Origin: Clostridia bacterium | Lineage (GTDB): Bacteria > Bacillota > Clostridia > Christensenellales > UBA1242 | Length of the DNA stretch: 64,000 bases | Assembly: GCA_900767715.1 (NCBI GenBank) | Contig: CAAGAD010000005.1 | Span: 19,697-83,696 of the forward strand | Reading direction: 5' to 3' | Shown here: positions 1 through 7,509 of the stretch, in pieces | Position numbering within the stretch: the first letter of the stretch is position 1 | Layout: each line of letters begins with the position of its first letter | The notes under the pieces: model-generated | What the model was told of the DNA's origin: nothing | The model's database searches: none | The model's input: the letters and a program-made list of their open reading frames with translations, nothing else | Made by a program: the position numbers and the translations under genes

Positions 1-5
1 ATGTC

Positions 6-80
6 TGGAGCTGGTAGCGGGGATCGGACCCGCTCTCTCGGCCTTACCAAGGCCGCGCTTTCCCATTAAGCCATACCAGC
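6..80 (-). tRNA. tRNA-Thr (anticodon GGT)
   Basis: The reverse complement folds as a cloverleaf. Acceptor is GCTGGTA/TACCAGC, anticodon arm CGGCC-TTGGTAA-GGCCG, T arm GCGGG-TCCGATC-CCCGC. Discriminator T and CCA are encoded. Confidence 0.9.
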
Positions 81-138
81 ATGATTTGTTGCTCCATAAA
101 TTTTGTTGATATTAAGTTGTAATTTTTGTCCAAAAAGT

Positions 139-177
139 CCTTACCAAGGTGGTGCTCTACCGCTGAGCCACACCAGC
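139..177 (-). pseudogene. Truncated tRNA-Thr(GGT) 5' half (acceptor 5' strand, D arm, anticodon 5' stem and loop only)
   Basis: The reverse complement reads GCTGGTGTGGCTCAGCGGTAGAGCACCACCTTGGTAAGG, then loses all tRNA character (ACTTTTTGGACAAAAATT). There is no anticodon 3' stem, T arm or acceptor 3' strand. Confidence 0.6.
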
Positions 178-345
178 ATGTGCTGAAAAGGGGTGGAGCG
201 CACCGCTTTTTCAAATCATAGCGTTATACTAGCATATAAAAGAGTGTTTGTCAATTGAATATGGCAATGAGAAGACAATTTGTGCGAAATTTGGCGACAA
301 AACCACAAAATTGCTGTTCAAATGATTGATTTGGTGGGTAATTAT

Positions 346-903
346 TTAAGATTGTTTCCAACGCTTTAAATTAGGGAACAACTTGGTACAATACGCGCGC
401 ATTTCGTCATTGGTCATACCAGCCTGCGCACCAAATTGACTACACATATCTATATAGGTGTGCATATCCACATCGTCGATAAACTTGCCGTCCTTGACGC
501 AATATTTGCAATAATCAAGGTCGTGACTGCCGTCAGCATTCACCGCCAACACATCTACCGACGTCATCGGCATACCGCAACTTTGACAAGTCAGTGGCTC
601 CATAAATTTGACGCCCTTGCCCGTGCGAATGGCGTGTTCAATCTCGCTTCGTGTGCTCGTGCCCACATAACCACCCTTATCTATGACAAAAATCTCGTCA
701 GACATATCTATTTTGCTCTTGTGCATATCGTCCAGCATAGCCTTTTTGTCGCCAGTCCAAACCTCGTCGTCGCCCGCGTGCCCAAAAAGTCCCACTGAAA
801 TGACGATGTTGCCTTCCAAAGATAAGCGTTTCTGCTCAGCAAAAAACTCGTCCTTAAACTTAGTGCTCCCGCATAATGTAATGACTTTATACTTGCCTTG
901 CAT
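346..903 (-). CDS. Two-domain protein: nucleoside 2-deoxyribosyltransferase-like N-terminal domain fused to a C-terminal CxxC...CxxC zinc-ribbon domain
   Basis: 185-aa ORF. The N-terminus KVITLCGSTKFKDEF...VIDKGGYVGTSTRSEIEHA resembles the Rossmann-like deoxyribosyltransferase/DUF4406 fold. The C-terminus has CQSCGMP...DYCKYCVKDGKF. Overlapping ORFs on other frames are shadows. Confidence 0.5.
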   Translation of the reverse strand: MQGKYKVITLCGSTKFKDEFFAEQKRLSLEGNIVISVGLFGHAGDDEVWTGDKKAMLDDMHKSKIDMSDEIFVIDKGGYVGTSTRSEIEHAIRTGKGVKFMEPLTCQSCGMPMTSVDVLAVNADGSHDLDYCKYCVKDGKFIDDVDMHTYIDMCSQFGAQAGMTNDEMRAYCTKLFPNLKRWKQS

Positions 904-1108
904 ACACTTTTCTCCCTAAAACCTGATATAAGTATGACAACCGAAAAGAAAAATGTCAAACATTCCACAATCAACTTTCGCAACTTTTACGCAGACTAAT
1001 ATGGCAAAATGCAAATATTTCATCAGCCAAATGGCAAAAAATCGTCTTGCAAGCCGTTTTCGTCGGACAAAAATGAGACAAATTTTGCAGAGAATTGCTT
1101 TTCAGTGA

Positions 1109-1137
1109 TTGACTTTATGGTAATTACCAAATATAAT
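1109..1137 (+). promoter_or_regulatory. Sigma-A type promoter of the SPFH/zinc-ribbon operon, with a 12-bp perfect palindrome in the spacer
   Basis: TTGACT (1109-1114), 17-nt spacer, TATAAT (1132-1137). The spacer contains TGGTAATTACCA (1118-1129). A GGAG SD and the ATG at 1157 follow. Confidence 0.65.
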
Positions 1138-1156
1138 ACTAATTAAGGAGAATACT

Positions 1157-2215
1157 ATGGGATTATTTAATTTTGCTAAAAAGCAGATGTTGTCCGTCAT
1201 TGAGTGGACAGACAACACGAAAGACACAATCGTTTACAGATACAAATTGCAGAACCGTGAAGAGATTATGAACAGCAGTACGCTTGTTGTACGCCCATCA
1301 CAAATGGCACTCTTCATTCACAAGGGTCAAATCTGCGACGTTTTCGCACCAGGCACATATAAATTGGCAACCGAAAACATTCCACTTTTGACTAAAATCT
1401 TGTCATTGCCAACAGGCTTCAACAGTCCAATCAAGGCGGAAGTGTATTTCGTCAACACCAAGCAAATGACAGGCTTGAAATGGGGCACACAAAACCCAGT
1501 TATGATGCGCGATGCCGAATTTGGCAACGTTCGTTTGCGCGCCTTTGGTGTGTATAGTTACAAAGTGACCGACGCCAAGAAATTTATGGAAGAAATGTTC
1601 GGCACTAACGAAGTTTACACCACAACCGATGTTGGCGAACAAATGAAAGCCAGCGTAATTCAAGGTTTCAGTGACGCCGTTGCGGAAGGTAAATTCAACG
1701 CACTCGACTTGGCAGCCAACTACAAAGAGTTGAGCAAAATCATTTTGGACGAAACCCAAGAAGAGTTCGGTAAGTTTGGTTTGAAACTCTGCTCAATGAC
1801 TATTGAGAACATCAGCCTACCAGAAGATGTCGAAAAGGCACTCGACGAGCGCACTAAACTCGGAGTTATGGGAGATAAAATGGGTACTTATGCTCAATAT
1901 CAAGCCGCACAAGCAATGCGCGACGCTGCTCAAAACACCAGTGGAGGCAACCTTGCAGGTCTTGGCGTAGGTCTTGGCGCAGGTGCTGGCATTGGTCAAA
2001 TGTTTACTGAATCTTTGGCTAACGCAAAAAATAAACCACGCGAAACCAAATCTGCAACTATGGAATGCCCAAAATGCCACGCTACCATCAAAGCGGGTTC
2101 AAAGTTCTGCTCTGAATGTGGTGAGAAATTGGCTAGCACAAAACATTGCTCAAACTGTGGCAGTGAAGTGAAAGCCAGTGCTAAATTCTGCCCAGATTGC
2201 GGAGAAAAATTGTAA
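1157..2215 (+). CDS. SPFH (stomatin/prohibitin/flotillin-like, YdjI / COG4260 virion-core-like) protein with two C-terminal zinc ribbons
   Basis: 352 aa. The N-terminal 280 aa resemble B. subtilis YdjI-type SPFH proteins. The C-terminus has CPKCHATIKAGSKFCSECG and CSNCGSEVKASAKFCPDCG. SD AAGGAG lies upstream. Confidence 0.75.
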   Translation: MGLFNFAKKQMLSVIEWTDNTKDTIVYRYKLQNREEIMNSSTLVVRPSQMALFIHKGQICDVFAPGTYKLATENIPLLTKILSLPTGFNSPIKAEVYFVNTKQMTGLKWGTQNPVMMRDAEFGNVRLRAFGVYSYKVTDAKKFMEEMFGTNEVYTTTDVGEQMKASVIQGFSDAVAEGKFNALDLAANYKELSKIILDETQEEFGKFGLKLCSMTIENISLPEDVEKALDERTKLGVMGDKMGTYAQYQAAQAMRDAAQNTSGGNLAGLGVGLGAGAGIGQMFTESLANAKNKPRETKSATMECPKCHATIKAGSKFCSECGEKLASTKHCSNCGSEVKASAKFCPDCGEKL

Positions 2216-3279
2216 TGACGAAAAAACAACTGAAATCTACTAGCAAAAGGTGTGACGGTTGTGGTTCAAATTTAGTTTTTGCTCCCGAAACCCAAAGTTT
2301 AAAATGCTTGGGCTGTGGCAAGAATGTTGAAATTAAAAAAAATCCAGAGATACAAAAGCACTCATACAATGCGGAAAATATTGTAGCATCTAAAACATCT
2401 TGGATAACGGACGAGAGAGTGTTCAAGTGTGAAAACTGTGGCGGTGAAATAGGCTTGACAAATATGGAGTTTGCCAAGTCTTGTCCGTATTGCGGTTCAA
2501 GCAACGTTTCGGACATTGGCGAGTTTGCCGGCATTAAACCGGACGGCATTATACCTTTTGCGGTGAGCGAGAGTGAAGCAAGACAAAAATTCGCTGAACA
2601 AGTAAAGAAAAAACGTTTCTTGCCTAGCGCTTTCAAGAAGGACATTCCAACTTGCGACACACATCCAATGTATTTCCCAAGTTTTATGTTCGACATGGAT
2701 ACCGATTCTAGTTACACCGGCACGCTCGTAGAAACATACACCACAACGGACAGCGAAGGCAAACAGGTCACCAAAGAACGCACTTTCCACATCAGTGGTA
2801 GCGAAAAAGTAAGTTTTACTAATTTGGCGGTGGAGAGTAGTAGTCACCTAAATAACGATGAATTGTCTGGCATATTGCCATACGACATGAGTAGCGCGTA
2901 CGTATATGACTCGGACTATGTGCGTGGTTACAGCGTCGAGCATTACAATGACGATTTACAGAAGTGTATGACCGTTGCCAAGGAAAAGGCTGACTCGCGA
3001 ATTAGGTCGCGCATTTTGGCTCAATATCATTATTCGCGCGTGGCGTGGTTGTCTGTCGATACAGATTATTCAAATATGAAGTATTGCTACACGATGTTGC
3101 CGGTTTACAATTTCGCATTTAATTATAAAGAGAAAAATTATAATGTCCTTATGAATGGTCAAACGGGTAAGGTGGGAAAAGGCTTGCCTTTGAGTAAATG
3201 GAAAATTGCTCTAACAGTCCTATTCTTTATCTTGCTAGGCGTGGGGCTATTCGTCGTGCCAATACTTTTGGCAAAATAA
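2215..3279 (+). CDS. YdjG-like protein: two N-terminal zinc ribbons and a C-terminal transmembrane anchor
   Basis: The ATG overlaps the upstream stop (TAATG). Motifs are CDGCGS...CLGCG and CENCGG...CPYCGS. The C-terminal hydrophobic helix is IALTVLFFILLGVGLFVVPILL. Confidence 0.65.
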   Translation: MTKKQLKSTSKRCDGCGSNLVFAPETQSLKCLGCGKNVEIKKNPEIQKHSYNAENIVASKTSWITDERVFKCENCGGEIGLTNMEFAKSCPYCGSSNVSDIGEFAGIKPDGIIPFAVSESEARQKFAEQVKKKRFLPSAFKKDIPTCDTHPMYFPSFMFDMDTDSSYTGTLVETYTTTDSEGKQVTKERTFHISGSEKVSFTNLAVESSSHLNNDELSGILPYDMSSAYVYDSDYVRGYSVEHYNDDLQKCMTVAKEKADSRIRSRILAQYHYSRVAWLSVDTDYSNMKYCYTMLPVYNFAFNYKEKNYNVLMNGQTGKVGKGLPLSKWKIALTVLFFILLGVGLFVVPILLAK

Positions 3280-3324
3280 AAACGGAAGTCGCGTTGATAG
3301 ACGTGAATTATAAAAGGAGAAAAT

Positions 3325-3783
3325 ATGAACAAAATTGAAAAGGGGAGAAAGCAACTCATTGGCATTAGCATAGGAATACTTGTGCTCAGCGTATTGTTCG
3401 TCGCTTTGGGCATTGTACTAATCGTGCTCGGTGCCAAAAACCTTGCTATCGAAGGCAATCTTGGTGGCAAAATTGTACAACTCGTGTTCGGCGTACTAGT
3501 AACACTCATCGGTATGGCTGGAACGGCGTTCGGTGTAATTTTCCTATGCACAGGCAGTGCAATCAAAGCCACTAACGGCAATTTGGCTATGGATAATAGC
3601 CTTGCAAAAGGCACAGCCAATATGGCAAAGTGTGCTTATTGCGGAAATGAACTTAATTGTACAGAAAAGTTCTGCGGAAAATGCGGACACACCCTTGTTG
3701 CTGGTAAAACTTGCGAGAACTGTGGCGCAATCAACGACAGAGATTCAAAAATTTGCACAGAATGTGGCAAAGATTTAAAATAA
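3325..3783 (+). CDS. Membrane protein (2-3 TM) with a C-terminal double zinc ribbon
   Basis: 152 aa with hydrophobic N-terminal two thirds, then CAYCGN...CGKCGH and CENCGA...CTECGK. SD AAAGGAG lies upstream. Confidence 0.65.
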   Translation: MNKIEKGRKQLIGISIGILVLSVLFVALGIVLIVLGAKNLAIEGNLGGKIVQLVFGVLVTLIGMAGTAFGVIFLCTGSAIKATNGNLAMDNSLAKGTANMAKCAYCGNELNCTEKFCGKCGHTLVAGKTCENCGAINDRDSKICTECGKDLK

Positions 3784-3799
3784 ATTTGGAGGGTAGTTT

Positions 3800-4201
3800 A
3801 TGAAACTTATGAAAAGCAGTATTTATGTTGGCTGCACAACATTGTTCCTAGACGCTTCAACATTGATAATTCGCTCTATCTATTCGTTCATTGACGGTAA
3901 CACAAATCTTGGCATTTGGATGCTAGTCTATGCTGGCTTTGTAGCAATGATTGCGGGCGTACTTTTGAGTCTTGTTTGCAAAATGGGCGACGACTATTTC
4001 AACAAGCCAAACGGCAAAAACAAATACAATTTGTTTACCACCATTTTGTTGGTTGTGGGAATATTGTTCGCGCTCATCGCAACAGCAACTTTGCTTGAAG
4101 CAATCAAGGACGTTTGCATAGTTTGCATCGTGTTTGCTGGGCTAGAAATTTTGGCAAGTTTGGCAACAATTGTAATGTCAGTCATTCTTTACAAAAAGTA
4201 A
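3800..4201 (+). CDS. Hypothetical 4-TM membrane protein (last gene of the operon)
   Basis: 133 aa, strongly hydrophobic. SD GGAGGG lies 7 nt upstream. It is followed directly by a terminator. Confidence 0.55.
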   Translation: MKLMKSSIYVGCTTLFLDASTLIIRSIYSFIDGNTNLGIWMLVYAGFVAMIAGVLLSLVCKMGDDYFNKPNGKNKYNLFTTILLVVGILFALIATATLLEAIKDVCIVCIVFAGLEILASLATIVMSVILYKK

Positions 4202-4204
4202 ATT

Positions 4205-4229
4205 AAAAAGACCCGCGCGGTCTTTTTTT
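4205..4229 (+). terminator. Rho-independent terminator
   Basis: AAAAAGACC-CGCGC-GGTCTTTTTTT hairpin plus T-run. Confidence 0.75.
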
Positions 4230-4317
4230 ATTAACGGACGTTGTGTCAAACAAACGCAATGTCTTTTTTTAATTTTATTAATAAATTGCTTGTCCAAACA
4301 ATATATTAAATTGTAAT

Positions 4318-6936
4318 ATGGAAAATAAAGAAGAATTTTACAGCAAAAATATTGACGAGATTTTATCAAAATTTAATTCAAACGTTAATGGATTAAATAA
4401 TAGCAATAAAAAGCAAAATATTTCAAAATACGGTAAAAATGTATTAAAAAATGACAAAAAATTCAGTTTTTTGGCTGATTTTTTCGCACAATTTAAAAAT
4501 ATTATGATAATTATTCTTTTAATTAGCAGTGCAATTAGTATTTATTTGGCAATTAAAAGTAAAGAATTTACAGATTTAATCGAAGGTTTTACGATTTTAT
4601 TAATCGTAATTATTAATGCGATTATTGGCGTTGTGCAAGACAAAAAAGCAGATGACGCAATCGAAAAACTCAAAGCGCAATCGGTCGATTATGTCAAAGT
4701 TTTGCGCGGGGGAACGGTGTACAGCGTGGCGTCAACCGAACTCACTGTCGGCGAAATTATTGAACTTGAAGCGGGCGACAATGTGCCAGCCGACGCACGC
4801 GTGATTGAGAGTCACAACGCATATTTCGATGAGAGTATGCTCACGGGCGAGTCCAAGCCTATCGAAAAATTTGATAAGACAATAACCAAAATCAACCTAA
4901 GCCAAGCCGAGCAAAAAAATATGCTTTTCGCAGGCAGTCATTGTGTGAAGGGTCGCGCCAAAGCGGTCATCGTTGCAGTGGGTGAAAAATCTCAACTCGG
5001 TCGCATAGCGCACGCTGTAAAGTCGGGTGAAAAAACTCTCACTCCGCTCCAACGCTCGATAGAAAAAATTAGCAAGATTATTGGCATAGTTGTGTTGTCT
5101 ATTGTGGTAGTGATTTTCCTACTTGAAATATTTGTCGCGAAGCAAGGTGACATCTTCGACGCGCTGATGACGAGCATTGCGCTTGCCGTCGCCGCCATTC
5201 CAGAAAGCCTGCCCGCAATCATCACAATCATTATGGCGCTCGGCGTTCAAACTTTGGCGAAACGTAATGTCATCATTCGCCACCTTCACGCCGTGGAAAC
5301 GCTTGGCAGTTGCGAAGTGATTTGTTCGGACAAAACTGGCACAATCACCGAAAACAAAATGAAAGTGGTCAAGACATTTTCTCTCTCCAATACGCCGAAT
5401 GACACCGAACTTATGAATAAAGTTTGTGTGTTGTGCAGTGATGTCTATCACGGCGAAAACGGGCTCAATGGCGACCCAACCGAACTAGCCATTTATTCAC
5501 ACGCTCTCTCGAAAGGTGTGGAATGCGATGTTGTGCGCAACCAAAACAAGCGCGTAGATGAGATTGCGTTTGACAGTGACCGTAAACTTATGTCAGTTGT
5601 GTGCGAAAATGCTACGGGCAAGACGATTTACACAAAGGGTGCAACGGGGAAACTTTTGGCAGTGTGCACCAAAGTGCTGATTGACGGCAAGGTGGTAAAT
5701 CTAACTGCCGACATCAAAGAAAAAATTATGATAGCCAACAACGAAATGGCGGGCGAAGCCTTGCGCGTCATCAGTTGCGCGTACAAGAAGTTTGACGGCG
5801 GACAAATCGAGTGCGACCTAATATTCATCGGTATGCTGGGTATGGTTGACCCACCGCGCAAAGAAGTCAAGACGGCGGTGTTGCGTTGCAAAACTGCCGG
5901 TTTAAAACCAGTGATGATTACGGGCGACCACAAAGACACCGCTTTTGCCGTAGCGCGTGAAGTGGGCATTGTCACGAGCAAGCGTCAAGTCATAACGGGC
6001 GACGAAATCGAAGCGATGACGGACGAACAGTTGCGCAAAGTGATTTACGATTATTCGGTGTTTGCCCGAGTCAGCCCTGAACACAAAATCCGCATTGTCA
6101 AGGCGTTTAAGGGGCTCAAAAAAATTGTGGCAATGACGGGCGACGGCGTCAACGATGCAGGTTGCATAACCAACGCTGACATCGGCATAGGAATGGGTAT
6201 ATCCGGTACTGACGTGGTAAAATCTGTGGCAGATATGGTGGTAAGCGATGACAATTTTGCGTCAATCGTTGTTGCCGTGGAAGAGGGCAGAAAGGTGTAT
6301 GCTAACATTCAAAAATCCATTCAATTCTTGCTCAGCACCAACATTGTGGAAGTGTTCGCAATCTTCATTATCATACTTTTCTACCCGGAAAACACCTTCC
6401 TTTTGCCCGTGCAAATCTTGTTTATCAACCTTGTAACCGATAGCCTGCCCGCCTTTGCGCTAGGCGTGGAAAAGAGCGAACCCGACATTATGGAACGCCC
6501 ACCACGAAAAAACAACAATCTATTCTCAGGTGGTGTTGGAAAAAATATCATTATTCAAGGCATTATCCAAAGCGTTTTGACAATCGCAGTGTACGTCTTG
6601 GCGGAGAGTCTTTGGTCACCGCACGTGGCAACAACAATGGTGTTTTTCACAATCATATTTATGCAGTTGTTGCACAGCATTAACTGCAAGACGACGGGAA
6701 GCATTTTTGATACGAAACTACTCAACAACAAAACATTCAACATTTGTTTCATTGCTACGCTTTTAATCGACTTGTCTGTCGCGTTCATTCCGTTTATGCG
6801 CGTGATGTTGGGTATTGCCGACCTAAACTTCTGCCAGTGGGTGATTGTGGCGGTTGCTTGCCTTTTGGTCATTCCGCTTGTCGAGTTTACCAAACTCATT
6901 GATTCATCGCACAAAACCAAGAAAGAAACCGCGTAA
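4318..6936 (+). CDS. P-type cation-transporting ATPase (Ca2+/P2-type, PMCA/SERCA/YloB-like)
   Basis: 872 aa. Motifs LTGESKP, CSDKTGTITENKM (phospho-Asp), MITGDHKDTA, TGDGVNDA, and 10 predicted TM helices. No SD before the ATG. The first ~100 codons lie in a very AT-rich patch. Confidence 0.9.
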   Translation: MENKEEFYSKNIDEILSKFNSNVNGLNNSNKKQNISKYGKNVLKNDKKFSFLADFFAQFKNIMIIILLISSAISIYLAIKSKEFTDLIEGFTILLIVIINAIIGVVQDKKADDAIEKLKAQSVDYVKVLRGGTVYSVASTELTVGEIIELEAGDNVPADARVIESHNAYFDESMLTGESKPIEKFDKTITKINLSQAEQKNMLFAGSHCVKGRAKAVIVAVGEKSQLGRIAHAVKSGEKTLTPLQRSIEKISKIIGIVVLSIVVVIFLLEIFVAKQGDIFDALMTSIALAVAAIPESLPAIITIIMALGVQTLAKRNVIIRHLHAVETLGSCEVICSDKTGTITENKMKVVKTFSLSNTPNDTELMNKVCVLCSDVYHGENGLNGDPTELAIYSHALSKGVECDVVRNQNKRVDEIAFDSDRKLMSVVCENATGKTIYTKGATGKLLAVCTKVLIDGKVVNLTADIKEKIMIANNEMAGEALRVISCAYKKFDGGQIECDLIFIGMLGMVDPPRKEVKTAVLRCKTAGLKPVMITGDHKDTAFAVAREVGIVTSKRQVITGDEIEAMTDEQLRKVIYDYSVFARVSPEHKIRIVKAFKGLKKIVAMTGDGVNDAGCITNADIGIGMGISGTDVVKSVADMVVSDDNFASIVVAVEEGRKVYANIQKSIQFLLSTNIVEVFAIFIIILFYPENTFLLPVQILFINLVTDSLPAFALGVEKSEPDIMERPPRKNNNLFSGGVGKNIIIQGIIQSVLTIAVYVLAESLWSPHVATTMVFFTIIFMQLLHSINCKTTGSIFDTKLLNNKTFNICFIATLLIDLSVAFIPFMRVMLGIADLNFCQWVIVAVACLLVIPLVEFTKLIDSSHKTKKETA

Positions 6937-6949
6937 AAGCGGTTTTTTT
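6926..6949 (+). terminator. Rho-independent terminator
   Basis: AAACCGC-GTAAAA-GCGGTTT followed by TTTTT. The stop codon lies in the loop. Confidence 0.7.
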
Positions 6950-6962
6950 GGCGTATTTAGGT

Positions 6963-6991
6963 TTGACTATAATCTTATTTAGTAGTATAAT
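6963..6991 (+). promoter_or_regulatory. Sigma-A type promoter (NUDIX-tyrS unit)
   Basis: TTGACT (6963-6968), 17 nt, TATAAT (6986-6991). Confidence 0.6.
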
Positions 6992-7020
6992 TGTATCACT
7001 ATTTATTAAGGAGGAAAGAT

Positions 7021-7500
7021 ATGGCACAAGATATTCGCATCGATAATGACCAAGGTCATTTTAAATTACGTGTAGCGGGCATTTTACAACAAAACGGCAA
7101 AATTTTGGCAAACATCATCAACCAAAATGATTTCTATTGTTTTGCTGGCGGACACGTAGAACTTGGCGAGACTCTCGACCACGCAGTCAAACGCGAAATG
7201 GAAGAAGAACTCGGCTTTGAAGTAAAGATTGAAAGACCAATTTTCATTGTGGAAAATTTCTACACCAAAAACAATGAAAAATGGCACGAGATTTGTTGCT
7301 ATTATCTAATCTCGTCTGCGTTTGCCCCAAAAGAAGATTGGGAACTCGTCGAACTCGACAAAGGCGTTCAAAAGCGCCAACAATTCAAATGGCTTACACC
7401 AAACGACATTGCTAAAGTGGATTTTAAACCAGCACTTGTCAAGAGTCTGTTGCTTGAACTAGACAAACCATTTAGAGTGATTACACACAAGGATAATTAA
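7021..7500 (+). CDS. NUDIX hydrolase
   Basis: Nudix box GGHVELGETLDHAVKREMEEELG. ATG at 7021 is preceded by AAGGAGG. The track ORF start at 6991 is rejected. Confidence 0.85.
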   Translation: MAQDIRIDNDQGHFKLRVAGILQQNGKILANIINQNDFYCFAGGHVELGETLDHAVKREMEEELGFEVKIERPIFIVENFYTKNNEKWHEICCYYLISSAFAPKEDWELVELDKGVQKRQQFKWLTPNDIAKVDFKPALVKSLLLELDKPFRVITHKDN

Positions 7501-7509
7501 GGAAGAAAT

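Noticed and set aside
181-215. Possible terminator GGTG-GAGCG-CACC followed by TTTTT after the tRNA fragment
   Set aside because: It has only a 4-bp stem and no plus-strand gene upstream. Too weak to call.
436-983. ORFs 436-798(+), 683-919(+) and 708-983(-) overlapping the 346-903 gene
   Set aside because: They are shadow frames of the better-supported minus-strand gene. They have no SD, odd composition (His/Ile/Cys-rich) and no motifs.
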